Source: Phoronis australis (taxonomy: Eukaryota > Animalia > Phoronida). Taken from it: a stretch of DNA of 64,000 nucleotides. The position numbers and the translations under genes were made by a program. The notes below the pieces were generated by a model. It saw nothing but the letters and a program-made list of their open reading frames with translations, was not told where the DNA came from and did no database searches. Every line of letters starts with the position of its first letter. Position 1 is the first letter of the stretch. The stretch spans positions 1 through 64,000 of the forward strand of contig NMRA01000361.1 of assembly GCA_002633005.1 (NCBI GenBank). The letters are read 5' to 3'. Below, in pieces: positions 52,975-64,000 of the stretch.

Positions 52975-55900
52975 ATGGCTTTACGGCGTAAAGGAAATGA
53001 CCGATTGGGAGTTGTATCAACAGAAGGACCAACAGTCAAAGAAACATTTTCAAAGGCATTTCAAGCCGAAGCAAACTGGCCAGATAAAGTATTTAATTCC
53101 TGATATCTACGCGTGTTTGACAACACTCAACGTCTCAACTTGGCAATGACCATCGCCTCTGTTGGCCCGAAGCAGAGGCGATGTAGAGGCTATAGGCGCT
53201 CTGTACGCCGGAAGCTTTTCGGCGAATTATGCCTCGCACCGACTAAACCATCAAAGTCACGTTGTTATAACTACCTTTTGCGCATAGAGGAACACCTTAG
53301 GAGGTTGTCGATGTGTTTAAGTCCTTCCAACTCAAACAAATACTCCCGTTATGAAACTTTTTCTTCGATCAGTCCCTATTTCAGTTCCCAAAATCGTGAA
53401 ATCAAAATTTTTGTACTGCGCACGCTCCAACTTTTACCGCGCTCGCTAGGTGATGTGACTTCATAACCTCAATAATTTTTAAATAGGCCAAAGGTGAGCC
53501 ATTGCGGTCTTGTCAGTCAAATGTTCGTTTCCAAAATGCCACCACTTATACTTGTCTTTAATTGGCGTTACTTGAAACTGTTTGTATTTCAATGAATTAT
53601 TGTTTGTATTTGATAAAAATAAATGCTGTTGATATGACATTTAAAAGTCTTTGTGCACATATTTGACATTTTAATGTTTAACAACACGGCAAATGCACGG
53701 CTGGTTCCCGGCAGCACGTACGCAAAGGGCGGGAACTTCAGCTTTCAAAGTTCGCCGGTAGGATCGCAACTTCTGACCTTCGGCCTGGTTAAAAAAAATG
53801 AAAATTTTGATTTCACGATTTTGGGAACTGAAATAGGGACTGCTCGAAGAAAAAGTTTCATAACGGGAGTATTTGTTCGAGTTGGAAGAACTTAAACACA
53901 TCGACAACCTCCTAAGGTGTTCCTCTATGCGCAAAAGGTATTTATAACAACGTGACTTTGATGGTTTAGTCGGTGCGAGGCATAACTCGCCGAAAAGCTT
54001 CCGGCGTACAGAGCGCCTATAGCCTCTACATCGCCTCTGCTTCGGGCCAACAGAGGCGATGGTCATTGCCTACGTCTCAACAGGCATGATCAGCTCAATC
54101 GACATGCTGTTCGGACCCCTATTGGAATACCTTTCCGTAGTCGGAATACTCCGATTTTGGTCGTTCCCATATTGGAATTTCGATATGGGCGGCTAGTCTC
54201 GCAATATGTTTTATGGTTTAAACTGACTGATTAAATTGAATACAAATTTCCGTGCAATCGACACTGTTTTAAACTAATGACGTTTTTATAGTTATAATGA
54301 ATTTATAGATACTCACAATATCACACTTTGTCTAAGGTTAATTGATACTACATTCAAAATAGCGGCAGCATTTGCTAATAATATTCCTATGTGGTCCTTG
54401 CATGTTTTTGAGGAAAAGTACTTGAAAATTAGTTCCAAACATTTTTGTTAAGTTTGAATTTTAGTTTGTATGGATCAAACTAATGTGTGTTCTTACATTT
54501 CATTTCCACAATTTTTGCACCAAATTGAACGGCCTACCATCGCCGATTCTGATACGGGACTAGACAGTACCACAGTTTCGACTGGCACTAGTATAGACGG
54601 CGGCCATCCCATAGGCTCTCCATGCGCCGGAAGCTTTTCGAAGAATTATGCCTCACGCTGATTAAACCATTAAAGTCATGTTCCTATAAGTACCCTTTGC
54701 ACATAGAGGTACACCTTAGGAGGCCATTGATGTCTTTAACTCTTCCCAGCTCAAACAAATACTCCCGTAATCAAACTTTTTTCAAACAGTCCTTCGTTCA
54801 GTTGCCCCAACTGGCAGCTGGCCATTTCGCACTGCTCGCACCAGGGGATATGGGGTCATGCCTTACGGGAATATTTGTTTGAGCTGGGAAGAGTACATAT
54901 GAACTTCCTCCTAAGGTGTCCCTCTATGCGCAAAAGGCACTTATAGCAACATGACTTTGATGGTTTAATCAGTGTGATGCATAATTTGCTAAAAGGTTTC
55001 CTGCATATGAAGGGTCTATGGGATGTCCACCATCTCTGCTAGAGCTAGTTGAGACTGTGGTACTGTCTAATAAGTGGGACTCCACTCGCCAGTCGGATCG
55101 TATTGGATTCTTATAGCGTTCACACCTTCAACTTCAAAAGATATGAATGCAAGGTTCCTAACATAAAAAATTGAAAAAATTAAACTACACTTTGGGTTAC
55201 GCACCAGAAAATTGCCTGATAACAAATCAATTGTCAAGTCTTGCTTTTATCCTTTTTCGTTTTTTAGCCGGTCTTAATCATCTGCCTTAAAATGTGTTTG
55301 GTGAAAACCAAAACCAAATTATTTGACTGGCTATGTTGCAATGTCCTTGAAGAGGGTGTCGCTTAAATGTCACTGAGGCTGAGCTCCAGCAGTTCCGGCA
55401 GTCAAATACCTTAAAAGCCAAAAGTGGACAGTTGGCCGCAAGTATTGCCAGCACTGAGTCTACATGTGGTTCAAATTTTGACATCTAGTTTACTTGTGCA
55501 TTATGACAGATTAAGGTCTCTTGATATTGCAACAATAAGTTTGGGGGCCACGCCATCCTGGTGACTTGAGTAGAGAACAATGCATAAAGCATGCTATCTG
55601 AAAGTTTCATATGAATCCAGTCAGCCATTTCTGGTAATATTTCTTGAGTCTTACATCACCTCAACTCCATTGATTATGAGTGTAATCTAGTGATTACGTT
55701 GTTGTCTTTTTTACAGGATGAATTTTTAGACGTTATTTACTGGATGCGTCAAATACTTGGGGTGGTCATTGGCTTGATCTGGGGTGTTGTGCCTTTAAAA
55801 GGAATAGTTGCATTAATTTTGTAAGTGCTTTTAATTATTTCTTGTTTATTCATAAATTAAAGCTGTTCTAAATATGAGTTCTGTCAAAGAAACTGACTTT

Positions 55901-58119
55901 TGATTTACACCAGGCTCTGTTGTAAAGTTTAGCTGGTTTAGACTGTTTCTTGCTAAGATGAGAAGTGGGTTCTGAGTCTAGCAAGACCTGACAGTTCTTT
56001 TTTGCTTGAGAACATGCCCGGCGAAGAAAGTGACCTGTCGTGACAAATAAGGCAACTTGATTAGCCCAGTCTCAAGGCAGAGTTCTTTCCAAGGGCAGAA
56101 ACCGGCTGAGATGAGAGTAAGGAACAAGTCGAGTTCAATCGCACTACTGCTAGTAGTTTACTTTTTACTGAATGCGCTTCCATTGCTATAGCTGTTTTAA
56201 TAGGGTAAGATTTTTAACATGCAGTGAATATTCATAACCCATTAAAGTTTTCGGTACATGACGTCTTCGCCGATTCAGTAAGATTTTATCTCTTCTTCCT
56301 GCTACGTTCAAACATAGCAAAAGAAAACCTGCCAGCATGGCAGGGCTGAGTTCTTCAGATGCAAGAATAATGCAAAGAAAACTAGTGTGGTTACGTGCTT
56401 CACTGTAATACATAGTGATATCTCATGAAATCTGGCATTTCCACGCAGTTTTCACGTCTACAGAGCGCCTACCAATTTTGGAGCTAATGCAAACGTCTAT
56501 TATTTGGACACTGTAGTCAGCCCTCTATCATGGTGTGCTAGATCTGTAGTGTCTGAAATTGTTTTCAATTAAAGATATGTTTTTGGAACGTCATGTCTTA
56601 ATATTTCTTTGTTGAATTTACTTCAGGAGAAAACTGGTAGTTTGTGGCAATGTGTCATCAGAGGACTTAGACACTGGACTATTGTTTCTTGGGTCTCCTG
56701 AAGTCGGTTTTAAACATTAGTCATTCATTCATTTTAACGAACCTGTAAATTGCAATGCATGGTCATTTAATTTGCATCCTGTCAACATATACGGACTGTT
56801 TGACTGCTTAATTAGCTCTATGTTTGTTTTTTGGATTATAAGAGGAACTGTATATTCATGTTGTAGATTTTTAGCCGTCAACTGCCTTGTAGTGTACATA
56901 TACTACAGCACTTTCCAAAAAGTTGATGACGAGGAGGTCGGTGGACCAGGGGAAATTTTTAAAGAAGGCTTAGGAACGTCGTTCGCAACATTTTGTGTAA
57001 GTTGAAAATTGGTATATGCTTAAACACTTTTTAAGATACACTGCAAAATTGTTTAACTGTAAAGGGACCAATTTCTGTATGGCGCAACTTCTCAGATGGA
57101 TATTATTAACAGCATGTCAAGTTCTGAGACATCCAGTTGAGGTAACAAAATACAGAAACAAACTCTTTCAAATCAAATACTGGAATTTGCTTGAGTTTGC
57201 GACGCTGCGTTAGTCTCACACAGACTTCCACTTGGCTAGTGGTGTTACTATCATTATGTCCATTGTGGTGTTTTAAGCAGACGACACGGCATCAAGGTCA
57301 GGAAACTATCGCATATGTGTGACAGTTGTCACCTTAATCCACCTTGTTTATTCAGAGAAGAGTGCTCAGTGCGCTCGTGGAGAGCTTCTTTGACACCCCT
57401 TCTGAACCAATCTCCCTCACAGCCTAGGGTAGTGACATCATCAGTATGAAAATCATGTGCGGTGGCGCATAAGCGTCTAAAAATAGCCAAGTCATGTTTC
57501 TCCGTAACTACGGTGATGATGATGTGACATATGCATTTTTAAGGACTGTTTCATTTTACCTGCATAGCTGTCTGAGCACTGGGGGTCCTTGTACTGAACA
57601 CTATAAACCACGCATGATTTTACGCTAAGGAGCCTTGTCCTTGATCCATTGTGCAGAAGATTGACGTGTTGTTGTGTAAATGAGTACCAGTTATAACAGG
57701 GTAGTTAACTTGCAGTAGATTCTGTCGAGGAAGAAATATGCATATATATTTCACTGTTCATAATTTACTTAAAGCAGCAGTTAACTTCTTCCTTACTTTA
57801 ATGAGAAGTTGTTTTTGATCCTGCAAAGCACTGGCACTTTATTGTTCCTAGAGACTATCCTTGGCAAATAAATGGGAAGTCAACTTGTGGAGCCCTATCT
57901 CAAGCGACAGCGAAGTGTCGGTTCTGTCCATGCACAGAAATTAAACCTATTTTAACTGAGGAACAATTAGAAGCCAATATTACATTAAAGGATGCATGGT
58001 CTAAAGAAAAAAGAATGTTTTTCTGACAGAAATCTGGTTTATAACCTTTTTATCTCAATTATTTACAGGTTACGTGGATCATATGCTATTCAGCACTCCA
58101 TCACGACTACAGTTTATGA
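52975..58119 (+). CDS. RAB5IF: RAB5-interacting factor / C20orf24 / OPTI homolog (EMC6-like family), 132 aa, 4 exons
   Basis: Exons 52975-53088 (MALRRKG..FSKAFQAEANWPDK), 55717-55820 (DEFLDVIYWMRQILGVVIGLIWGVVPLKG), 56867-56996 (FLAVNCLVVYIYYSTFQKVDDEEVGGPGEIFKEGLGTSFATF) and 58069-58119 (VTWIICYSALHHDYSL*). GT-AG and in phase; closely follows human C20orf24 (WEDKDEFLDVIYWFRQ..EGFMTSFALF). Confidence 0.95.
53140..54072. mobile_element. Young long-TIR (foldback-like) non-autonomous DNA transposon with 9-bp TSD
   Basis: Arms of ~270 bp (53140-53412 and ~53800-54072) are near-perfect reverse complements; ORFs 53113+ and 53671- give the same peptide. CGTCTCAAC lies directly outside both ends (53131-53139, 54073-54081). 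Confidence 0.9.
54561..55069. mobile_element. Older related long-TIR element
   Basis: Ends TAGACAGTACCACAGT and ACTGTGGTACTGTCTA. The ~210-bp arms share the core CCGGAAGCTTTTCG..CATAGAGG.ACACCTTAGGAGG..CTCAAACAAATACTCCCGT with the 53140 element. Degenerate TSD (ATACGGGAC vs ATAAGTGGGAC). Confidence 0.8.
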
Positions 58120-58699
58120 GAGACAGCAATGATGCAATATTCAAGTGGAGTTTATGTGGCTCTACCTGTAGTTGTTCTACTGCTCTGTTGCCACTTGCAA
58201 TACGGACAAGGGTTGGGACGGTTATAGCAGCTTTTGTCATGAATGTTACTACAAGTTGATGCCATCTTAATGTGCTTTGTGAACCAGCGTCAAACTTGGA
58301 AACATGAATTTTCTTAAGAGGATATTGCGACAATGCAGGGAAGAGGTTTGTTCAACGGCAGTTAAAGGAAATATTTGTGTAGTCTTGGCATGTGTTTAAG
58401 TAAAGTGGGTAATTGGTTATTGCGGGAACTGGTCGGACAAAAATGCAATAAGTTTAGTCTGTGAAAGCTGGACTGCGGCATAACATTTGGTTGAGTCGGG
58501 TGTGGTGCGAGAAAGTGTATCGAGGTAAATCACTGGCTGGCAGGAAACGTACTGTTAACAATCATCGTGACCGAGTCTTTGGAATGACTAGTAAAACATA
58601 GTTGTTTAGCCCAACGCAGTCCCCTGGTTAGTGACAACCACTTTGGCCTGTATTAGTGAGGTTCTCTGCCATGGTGCTTCTACAGTTTAACGATGATTC

Positions 58700-58812
58700 A
58701 ATAAAGTGGCAGTGTCCTGACAATGGTCACACTAATCCAGTCTTTGAACATGGATATCACTGATGATGGAATGTTAAAATCAAGAATTGTATGCGGGTAA
58801 TACATGTTTATT
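58700..58812. terminator. Candidate convergent poly(A) signals of RAB5IF (AATAAA 58700-58705, +) and NECAB (58807-58812, -)
   Basis: Hexamers read directly, each ~570 nt past its gene's stop codon. Usage unverified. Confidence 0.4.
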
Positions 58813-59373
58813 TTCACCGCATTTATGTTAGACTAACACCTGTATATACCTACAAAATAGAACACAGTAAGAAATTCTTTTAGTAAAAATGAGAAACTTG
58901 TTAGTCACCATATGTTTCATTACAGTACAAAACGCTAGTTAAAATGGGCTGTATGTAACACTTGATACAACTTGCCATGACAGTCACATAAAATATGGCT
59001 AAAACAAACCTTGGTGACATTCACCATAGCACCAAGAAGATAAAACTTGTTCAATTACAGAACAAATTACAACTAACATGATTTTGTGACGACTGCCAAA
59101 TCTATGTCACATCCTCTTACTCTAGTTATTAGTGTGTACAGCTACTAAAATACAGATATAATATCACAGGTAAACATATAGTAAACGTGTTCATCCCTGT
59201 AGAGTTGGATGAAATGGAACAGGTTATCTCCAACTCCGTCACAGTTTCGGTTGCATACAGAGATTATATTCCTTTCACTGGGTGAGCCACTGATGATGGA
59301 CTTGGGGAAAAGTGGAGGACAGTAGTTTAGTTTTGTATCACTCGGCTATATCATCTGCAAACTACTAATTTAT

Positions 59374-62300
59374 TCAGTGCTGCCACCACGACCCTGAAAA
59401 AAATAATTAGACGCATTTTAAATATTTCAACAAAAGCTATGGTTTTGAAAGACACGTTTTTGTGGATTTATTAAAATATGAGCACAGCCCAGAAATCACT
59501 TTCACATAATTCAGATTCTCATTTACTCCCTTGCATGTACATTCACCAGTAAGACCGAGCTTGGAGGAGTAGGAGAAACCTTTCTGCAATGCTGGATTGC
59601 CTGCCAGTACAGCCAGGATTCAAACCCTCCTTTCCAAACGGAAGTCTGGAGCTCAAACCACTATTCTTAAGTCTTATTCAGTATTAGATTTCCACTGTAG
59701 CATCACTGGTTGTGTATAAATGTAACCAGTACTAACCCTGAGCATATCAGCAGAGTATTGTTGTTCTAAAGATTTACTTTGTGTTCTTTTATTCTTATAC
59801 TGCTAATGTGGGCAACCAAACATTCTAAAATCATCTGTTTCTACTGAAGGAGATTCGAAACAAGTTTCCCGTTGGGAGACATTTTATTACATTGAATAAG
59901 TTATGAAGATTAAAGTATAGTTGGAGTCGTAATTTGCAATAATTTTTGAATGGGCACAACTGTGTGATCAAGTGTATAACCCTCAGTAAGAGTTGGATGT
60001 GCTGGGAGTTGATCATTTTAGAAAGTGAGAACAGTATATTCCTAGAAAGAACAGGGAGGCTACCTACATCAGGCATAACACCCCTTTATCAGCAGAGACC
60101 GAAGCCTGTAATTCCCCTGTATATACAACTGAGTATTGGCCGCTAGCACGCCTAGCAGCAGTCTACGTAACTAATTCTAAGGCTTGGAATTTTCCGCGGA
60201 AACGCGGATTTCCGCCTTTTTCAAATGTTCTGTCCATGTATTTTATTATATTTCTGCGTAAAAAAAATTGGATTTGATATAAAATTTCTGTGGCAAATTT
60301 CTTTCTTACCGCGGCGTTGCTGAAGACTTTCACCTCGAAAAGCGGAAGTTGCTCTTCATATTTCGGAGGAACGTAAATTGTCAACATTGCCGGGGCATCT
60401 GGGATAGCATGGTGGATTTTTCAATGGCATCTTGTGTGATTGTAAACCGCGGTGACAAATACTATGACTCCGCAGCCAAAAATGTGTGGAGGTGGGAGTG
60501 GACGGACGAGCTAAGAAGATGCAGACGCACGCTTCTAGGGGTGGTACCGTTTTTTTTTCCCATTGACTATTTCAAGGCTGGGAAGCGCGCATGTTTTGGG
60601 CCGTAAAAAGTTCCGCTTTTTTGCCATTGGTCATTCCAAGCCCTGTGATTCTGATGAAGGCTGTCGACCGTCCATGGTAGTCGAAAGTCTTGATAGTAAG
60701 ATATATTTGCCTGGCTCTGTTTGATAACGCCTTCTATTATAGGCAGGCATGCACACGAAGAAACAAAACTTTGTAGTTTTAACTAGAATTTAAAAAATCA
60801 CTCACATACATTGAAACTACAAGTTGAAGCCAGTATTAAACAACGTTTAAGTAAACTGGAAACATCCTTATCAATTAAAATTCTCTTATTTGCCTTTTCA
60901 AACAACACGGTTTTCAACCTTATCAAGTTAACATACCTGGAACCGGCATAGATGTGCAGTCTTCCGGTCTCTCCAAGTTGTCAATGTTACTGTGAGAAAA
61001 CGACTTGCTGGAAACACTTCCAAGATGGCTGTAACATTTGAAAATGGTTGTAACATTTAAAGAGGTATAATACACTGGCAATAAATTAGTGCTGCTCCAA
61101 GAAAATCAATCGCATTACCTTCGAAGTAAGTGAATTTCAGCATATAGTATATACATTTATGTAACTCCTGATTTAAAATTTAGAGATATATAAGTTAATC
61201 AGCATGCAATCTAAATCTCTCGAACAAAATCCAACATTGCAACTTTTTCTTTAACATCTAGTCAAATGCAGGTTATTAACATCTAAAGATGCATTGTTGT
61301 TACCTTGTGTATGCATCGAAACAGGAATAATGAACTTCCCAATGGTATAGTAGTCAACACTATACTATTAAATAAAAAATGGAAATATGGTCTGCCAAAG
61401 ATATATTTCCAAACTTTTTATTGAGAGGTTATACGTCAACTTCAATGCAAGCAAAGCAGACAATTTACGCGAAATAGGAGATCGTTGAAAGCATTTTGCA
61501 CGAAAGCAAACAATTTATTGACAGCTCACCCTTTCCAAGCTTGTTCACTGTCCCACACTTCATAGACCACAAATAGGTTACTTCCACTGTAGGACCTCAC
61601 TTGAACACTAAAACAGATGGTTCAATCAAGTACAACAAAAAAACAAACTTTGATGCAATTTAAAGAATTTCACCTGATGGCTATTTCTCATTGTAAAGCA
61701 CTTCCTTCATACAATTATGTGCATTGTGGACCATGAATGAATTTCCAATTCATTTCGCCCACTGTTTTAGGGGAAATGTGTGTGATGCAGAGAGTAGGCG
61801 TTCTGCTGTGAGCAGTTTAGAGATGATATGAACAAAATCAGCCGCAAAGCCACACCACCAAAGATTATATTCCACAAAGAAATGTCGAAAAGTCATGCTT
61901 ATACTATTGTCCAATCTTGAATAATATTGTCCAAGCTTGAATAATATTGTCCGAGCTTGAATAATATTGTCCAAGCTTGAATAATATTGTCCAAGCTTGA
62001 ATAATATTGTCCAAGCTTGGATATGGTAACACTCTTCTTACAGATATCTAGCCAGTAAAGATTATTTAAGCCTGATAAGTTTAATTTTGTATCAGAGGTG
62101 TGTTTAAGATGGCAAACTTGATGAGACCAAAAGACCATGGTAATGTAACACACGATTGCCTTACTGTTTCACTAGGAAGCAGGCAACCTTCAGGGATTGG
62201 AATTTTCCTCTCTTTAAGAGTATTTCCTACTTTTTGGTTTCGATTTCCTCTTATTTGATTTCCAGTTTCCTCTTTTCTGTTTCTTTTTATCATTATTTTC

Positions 62301-62696
62301 ATATCATGTTAACGTTTCATTTAAATTTTACAACACAAAAAAATCTCTATCAAGCAAGCCTATTTATTTAAGGAATAATACACCACCTGGAAATTTTTCT
62401 TGTTTTTTGTCATTGGTCATTCCAATCCCTGAACCTTACAACTTCTCGCAATACGTCCACCACTGAAAGTGGCACAAAAATGCTGAATATTGGTAACACT
62501 AAATTAGCCCCCAGACAGCTGACAGCAAAGCTCACTCCTAACATTTTGCGGGAGCATACTGTTACAGAAAACCAACTGGGACGTACTGATGACATTCTTC
62601 AGTAGCATTCAAGGCTTCCACATAATTCCTGAGACTGCTGGTGAATGCTTTGTTACAACTCTCCTGCACCTGCAGTTTACGCCTGACAAGCATCAT
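59374..62696 (-). CDS. NECAB1: N-terminal EF-hand calcium-binding protein (NECAB)-like, C-terminal ABM domain; 5' part lies beyond the window
   Basis: Exons 62696-62587 (MMLVRRKLQVQESCNKAFTSSLRNYVEALNATEECH), 61607-61530 (VQVRSYSGSNLFVVYEVWDSEQAWK), 61028-60937 (HLGSVSSKSFSHSNIDNLERPEDCTSMPVP) and 59393-59374 (GSWWQH*). In phase, and they parallel the NECAB1 tail MLVQRQMSV..YEFW..HLQTNYSKTFQRSNVDFLETPE..MLVPASWW. Probably co-orthologous to NECAB1/2/3. Confidence 0.88.
59550..59667 (-). mobile_element. tRNA-derived SINE head (degenerate)
   Basis: The minus strand reads ..TAGTGGTTTGAGCTCCAGACTTCCG..GGGTTTGAATCCTGGC with A- and B-box-like motifs. Confidence 0.35.
60178..60645 (+). mobile_element. 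Internally deleted hAT-like element
   Basis: Ends TAAGGCTTGGAAT and ATTCCAAGCCCTG (CAGGG-type TIR), with subterminal TTCCGC repeats. An internal stub MASCVIVNRGDKYYDSAAKNVWRWEWTDE may be a transposase N-terminus (unverified). Confidence 0.55.
61901..62020. repeat. 20-bp minisatellite, 6 units (ATAATATTGTCCAAGCTTGA)
   Basis: Read directly; near-perfect units. Confidence 0.95.
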
Positions 62697-63810
62697 CTGA
62701 AACAAGTAGAAACACTTTGTGTTAAATACTGCAATCAATATCATATTCACTCCAATAATTGACCAAGAACAAGAATGTCATTCAAGAGGAGCACTTATAA
62801 AATTTGCCTTAAAAATCTGGAATTGCCAGGCTTTAATCATATGCCCTGAAAGCAATATGGCTGCAAGCTAATTAGAAGGAGGATAGTACGATACATAGAC
62901 TATAGATGGAGTCACCAGTGGGTGTATTGCAGCATAAAGTGTATGCATCTCATAAAATCTTTGATTATGTAAAATTAACTTTTGCTTACAAATTATTTGA
63001 AATTGACACATAAAAACAACTACAAAGATTGTGCAGCGAGTACGAGAAACCAAGGAACACTAAGTCAGTATCAAAATTATGCACCTAATATAATTATTCT
63101 CAGTGTTGTAAACAACTTGGAAACTACTACTAATTTTCACTTAATGTTAAAATCCTATATTTCGTCTTGTTTATGTGTGATATTTTGTCATATTCATGTG
63201 TGTCTCGATTTGCATGTTTACTTATGTTTTTCGGATTAACATTTAGATCCAGAAACATCTTTACTAAGACAGCTGCAGATACTAACAAGCGTTATTCAAA
63301 CAAAAAGAGAGGACATGGTTAAATTGCGGCAAATATTTAAGTTTGTTCTCCGTCTCAAAGAACGTGATTTCCCAACCTTGGTCAAATGAAGTTCACCTGG
63401 AAGTCACTAAACAGAGTGTATTTGAACTTACATTCAATTAAATATAATAAACCATTTTGTTACATTAAGAACTGGTTTCAATTTCTCCACATCATCATAT
63501 TAAAAAGATGTTAAAAGTCGTTATCATCAATGATAACAAAAATCAAGTAAAACAGAATAAGCCATACTGACAAATATCGATACAAGCATTCACCAGACTT
63601 TAGCATACAGGATTGATTTTGAATTTCACAAGTTTAATAGCCATGTAAATATTTCCACTGCAAAAAAAGAGATTCCTTTGTCAATTTTTCTCATTTGTTT
63701 GTCACCAGACTTCATACCATGCCAACCATTGGCACAATGCTAAATTCATCGAACTTAAATAATCCTTATTAACAATACTACTCATTACAAGCTAAAAAAT
63801 AAGCAACCTC

Positions 63811-63955
63811 ATTCAAACTTGAGCAAAATTATTCAACCTTGGACAATATTATTCAAACTCAGACAATATTGTTCAAGCTTAGAGAATACTATTCACGTTT
63901 GGACAATATTATTAAAGCTTATGCACCATTATTCAAGCTTAGCAAATGTTATTCA
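63811..63955. repeat. Degenerate reverse-complement array of the same 20-bp unit, ~7 units
   Basis: Consensus ATTCAAGCTTGGACAATATT with 20-bp period. Confidence 0.85.
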
Positions 63956-64000
63956 TAACGAACTTGAGAGTTCTGCACAAGCTACACTGTCGAGCATGGA

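Noticed and set aside
53113-54882. ORFs 53113+, 53671- and 54622+ as a small protein family
   Set aside because: They are translations of the homologous inverted-repeat arms of non-coding elements.
57510-57580. C/D-box snoRNA in RAB5IF intron 3 (GTGATGA..CTGA)
   Set aside because: Weak terminal stem and no guide I can match to rRNA or snRNA; would need snoscan/Infernal.
59374-59376. TGA as selenocysteine or readthrough in NECAB
   Set aside because: Its position matches the family C-terminus, a TAG follows after two codons, and no SECIS was recognised.
61901-62020. CRISPR-like array
   Set aside because: Units are contiguous with no unique spacers, there are no cas genes, and the context is a eukaryotic intron.
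63397-63406. 10-nt NECAB micro-exon (ag|TGACTTCCAG|gt, minus strand)
   Set aside because: Phase-compatible on the 3' side, but the upstream exon is outside the window, so it is untestable and plausible by chance.

Overview
AT-rich, intron-rich animal genomic DNA, most likely an invertebrate (lophotrochozoan-like; inference only). I assembled five spliced protein-coding genes by hand from GT-AG boundaries and phase continuity. They are TMEM70 (+, 7060-9918), a divergent omega-class glutathione transferase (+, core 13675-17538, possible N-terminal extension from 11375), rhophilin (-, 16 exons, 52453-19986, ~19 kb first intron), RAB5IF/C20orf24 (+, 52975-58119, head-to-head with rhophilin) and the 3' end of a NECAB-like gene (-, 62696-59374, running off the window). 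Introns and intergenic DNA hold decayed LINE fragments, several MITE/foldback elements, Helentron-like non-autonomous elements and tandem repeats. There is one assembly gap (N at 21581). I see no prokaryote-type or clearly new multi-gene system. The most unusual signals are: the GST-omega with a CxxC active site, a lost G-site Glu and a possible mitochondrial presequence; a ~147-bp-period array of CTCF-consensus motifs inside a Helentron-like element; long-TIR elements with a 9-bp TSD in RAB5IF intron 1; and inverted minisatellite arrays flanking a NECAB exon. Gene names rest on recalled similarity to human proteins, not on database searches. Most short entries in the supplied ORF track are spurious.
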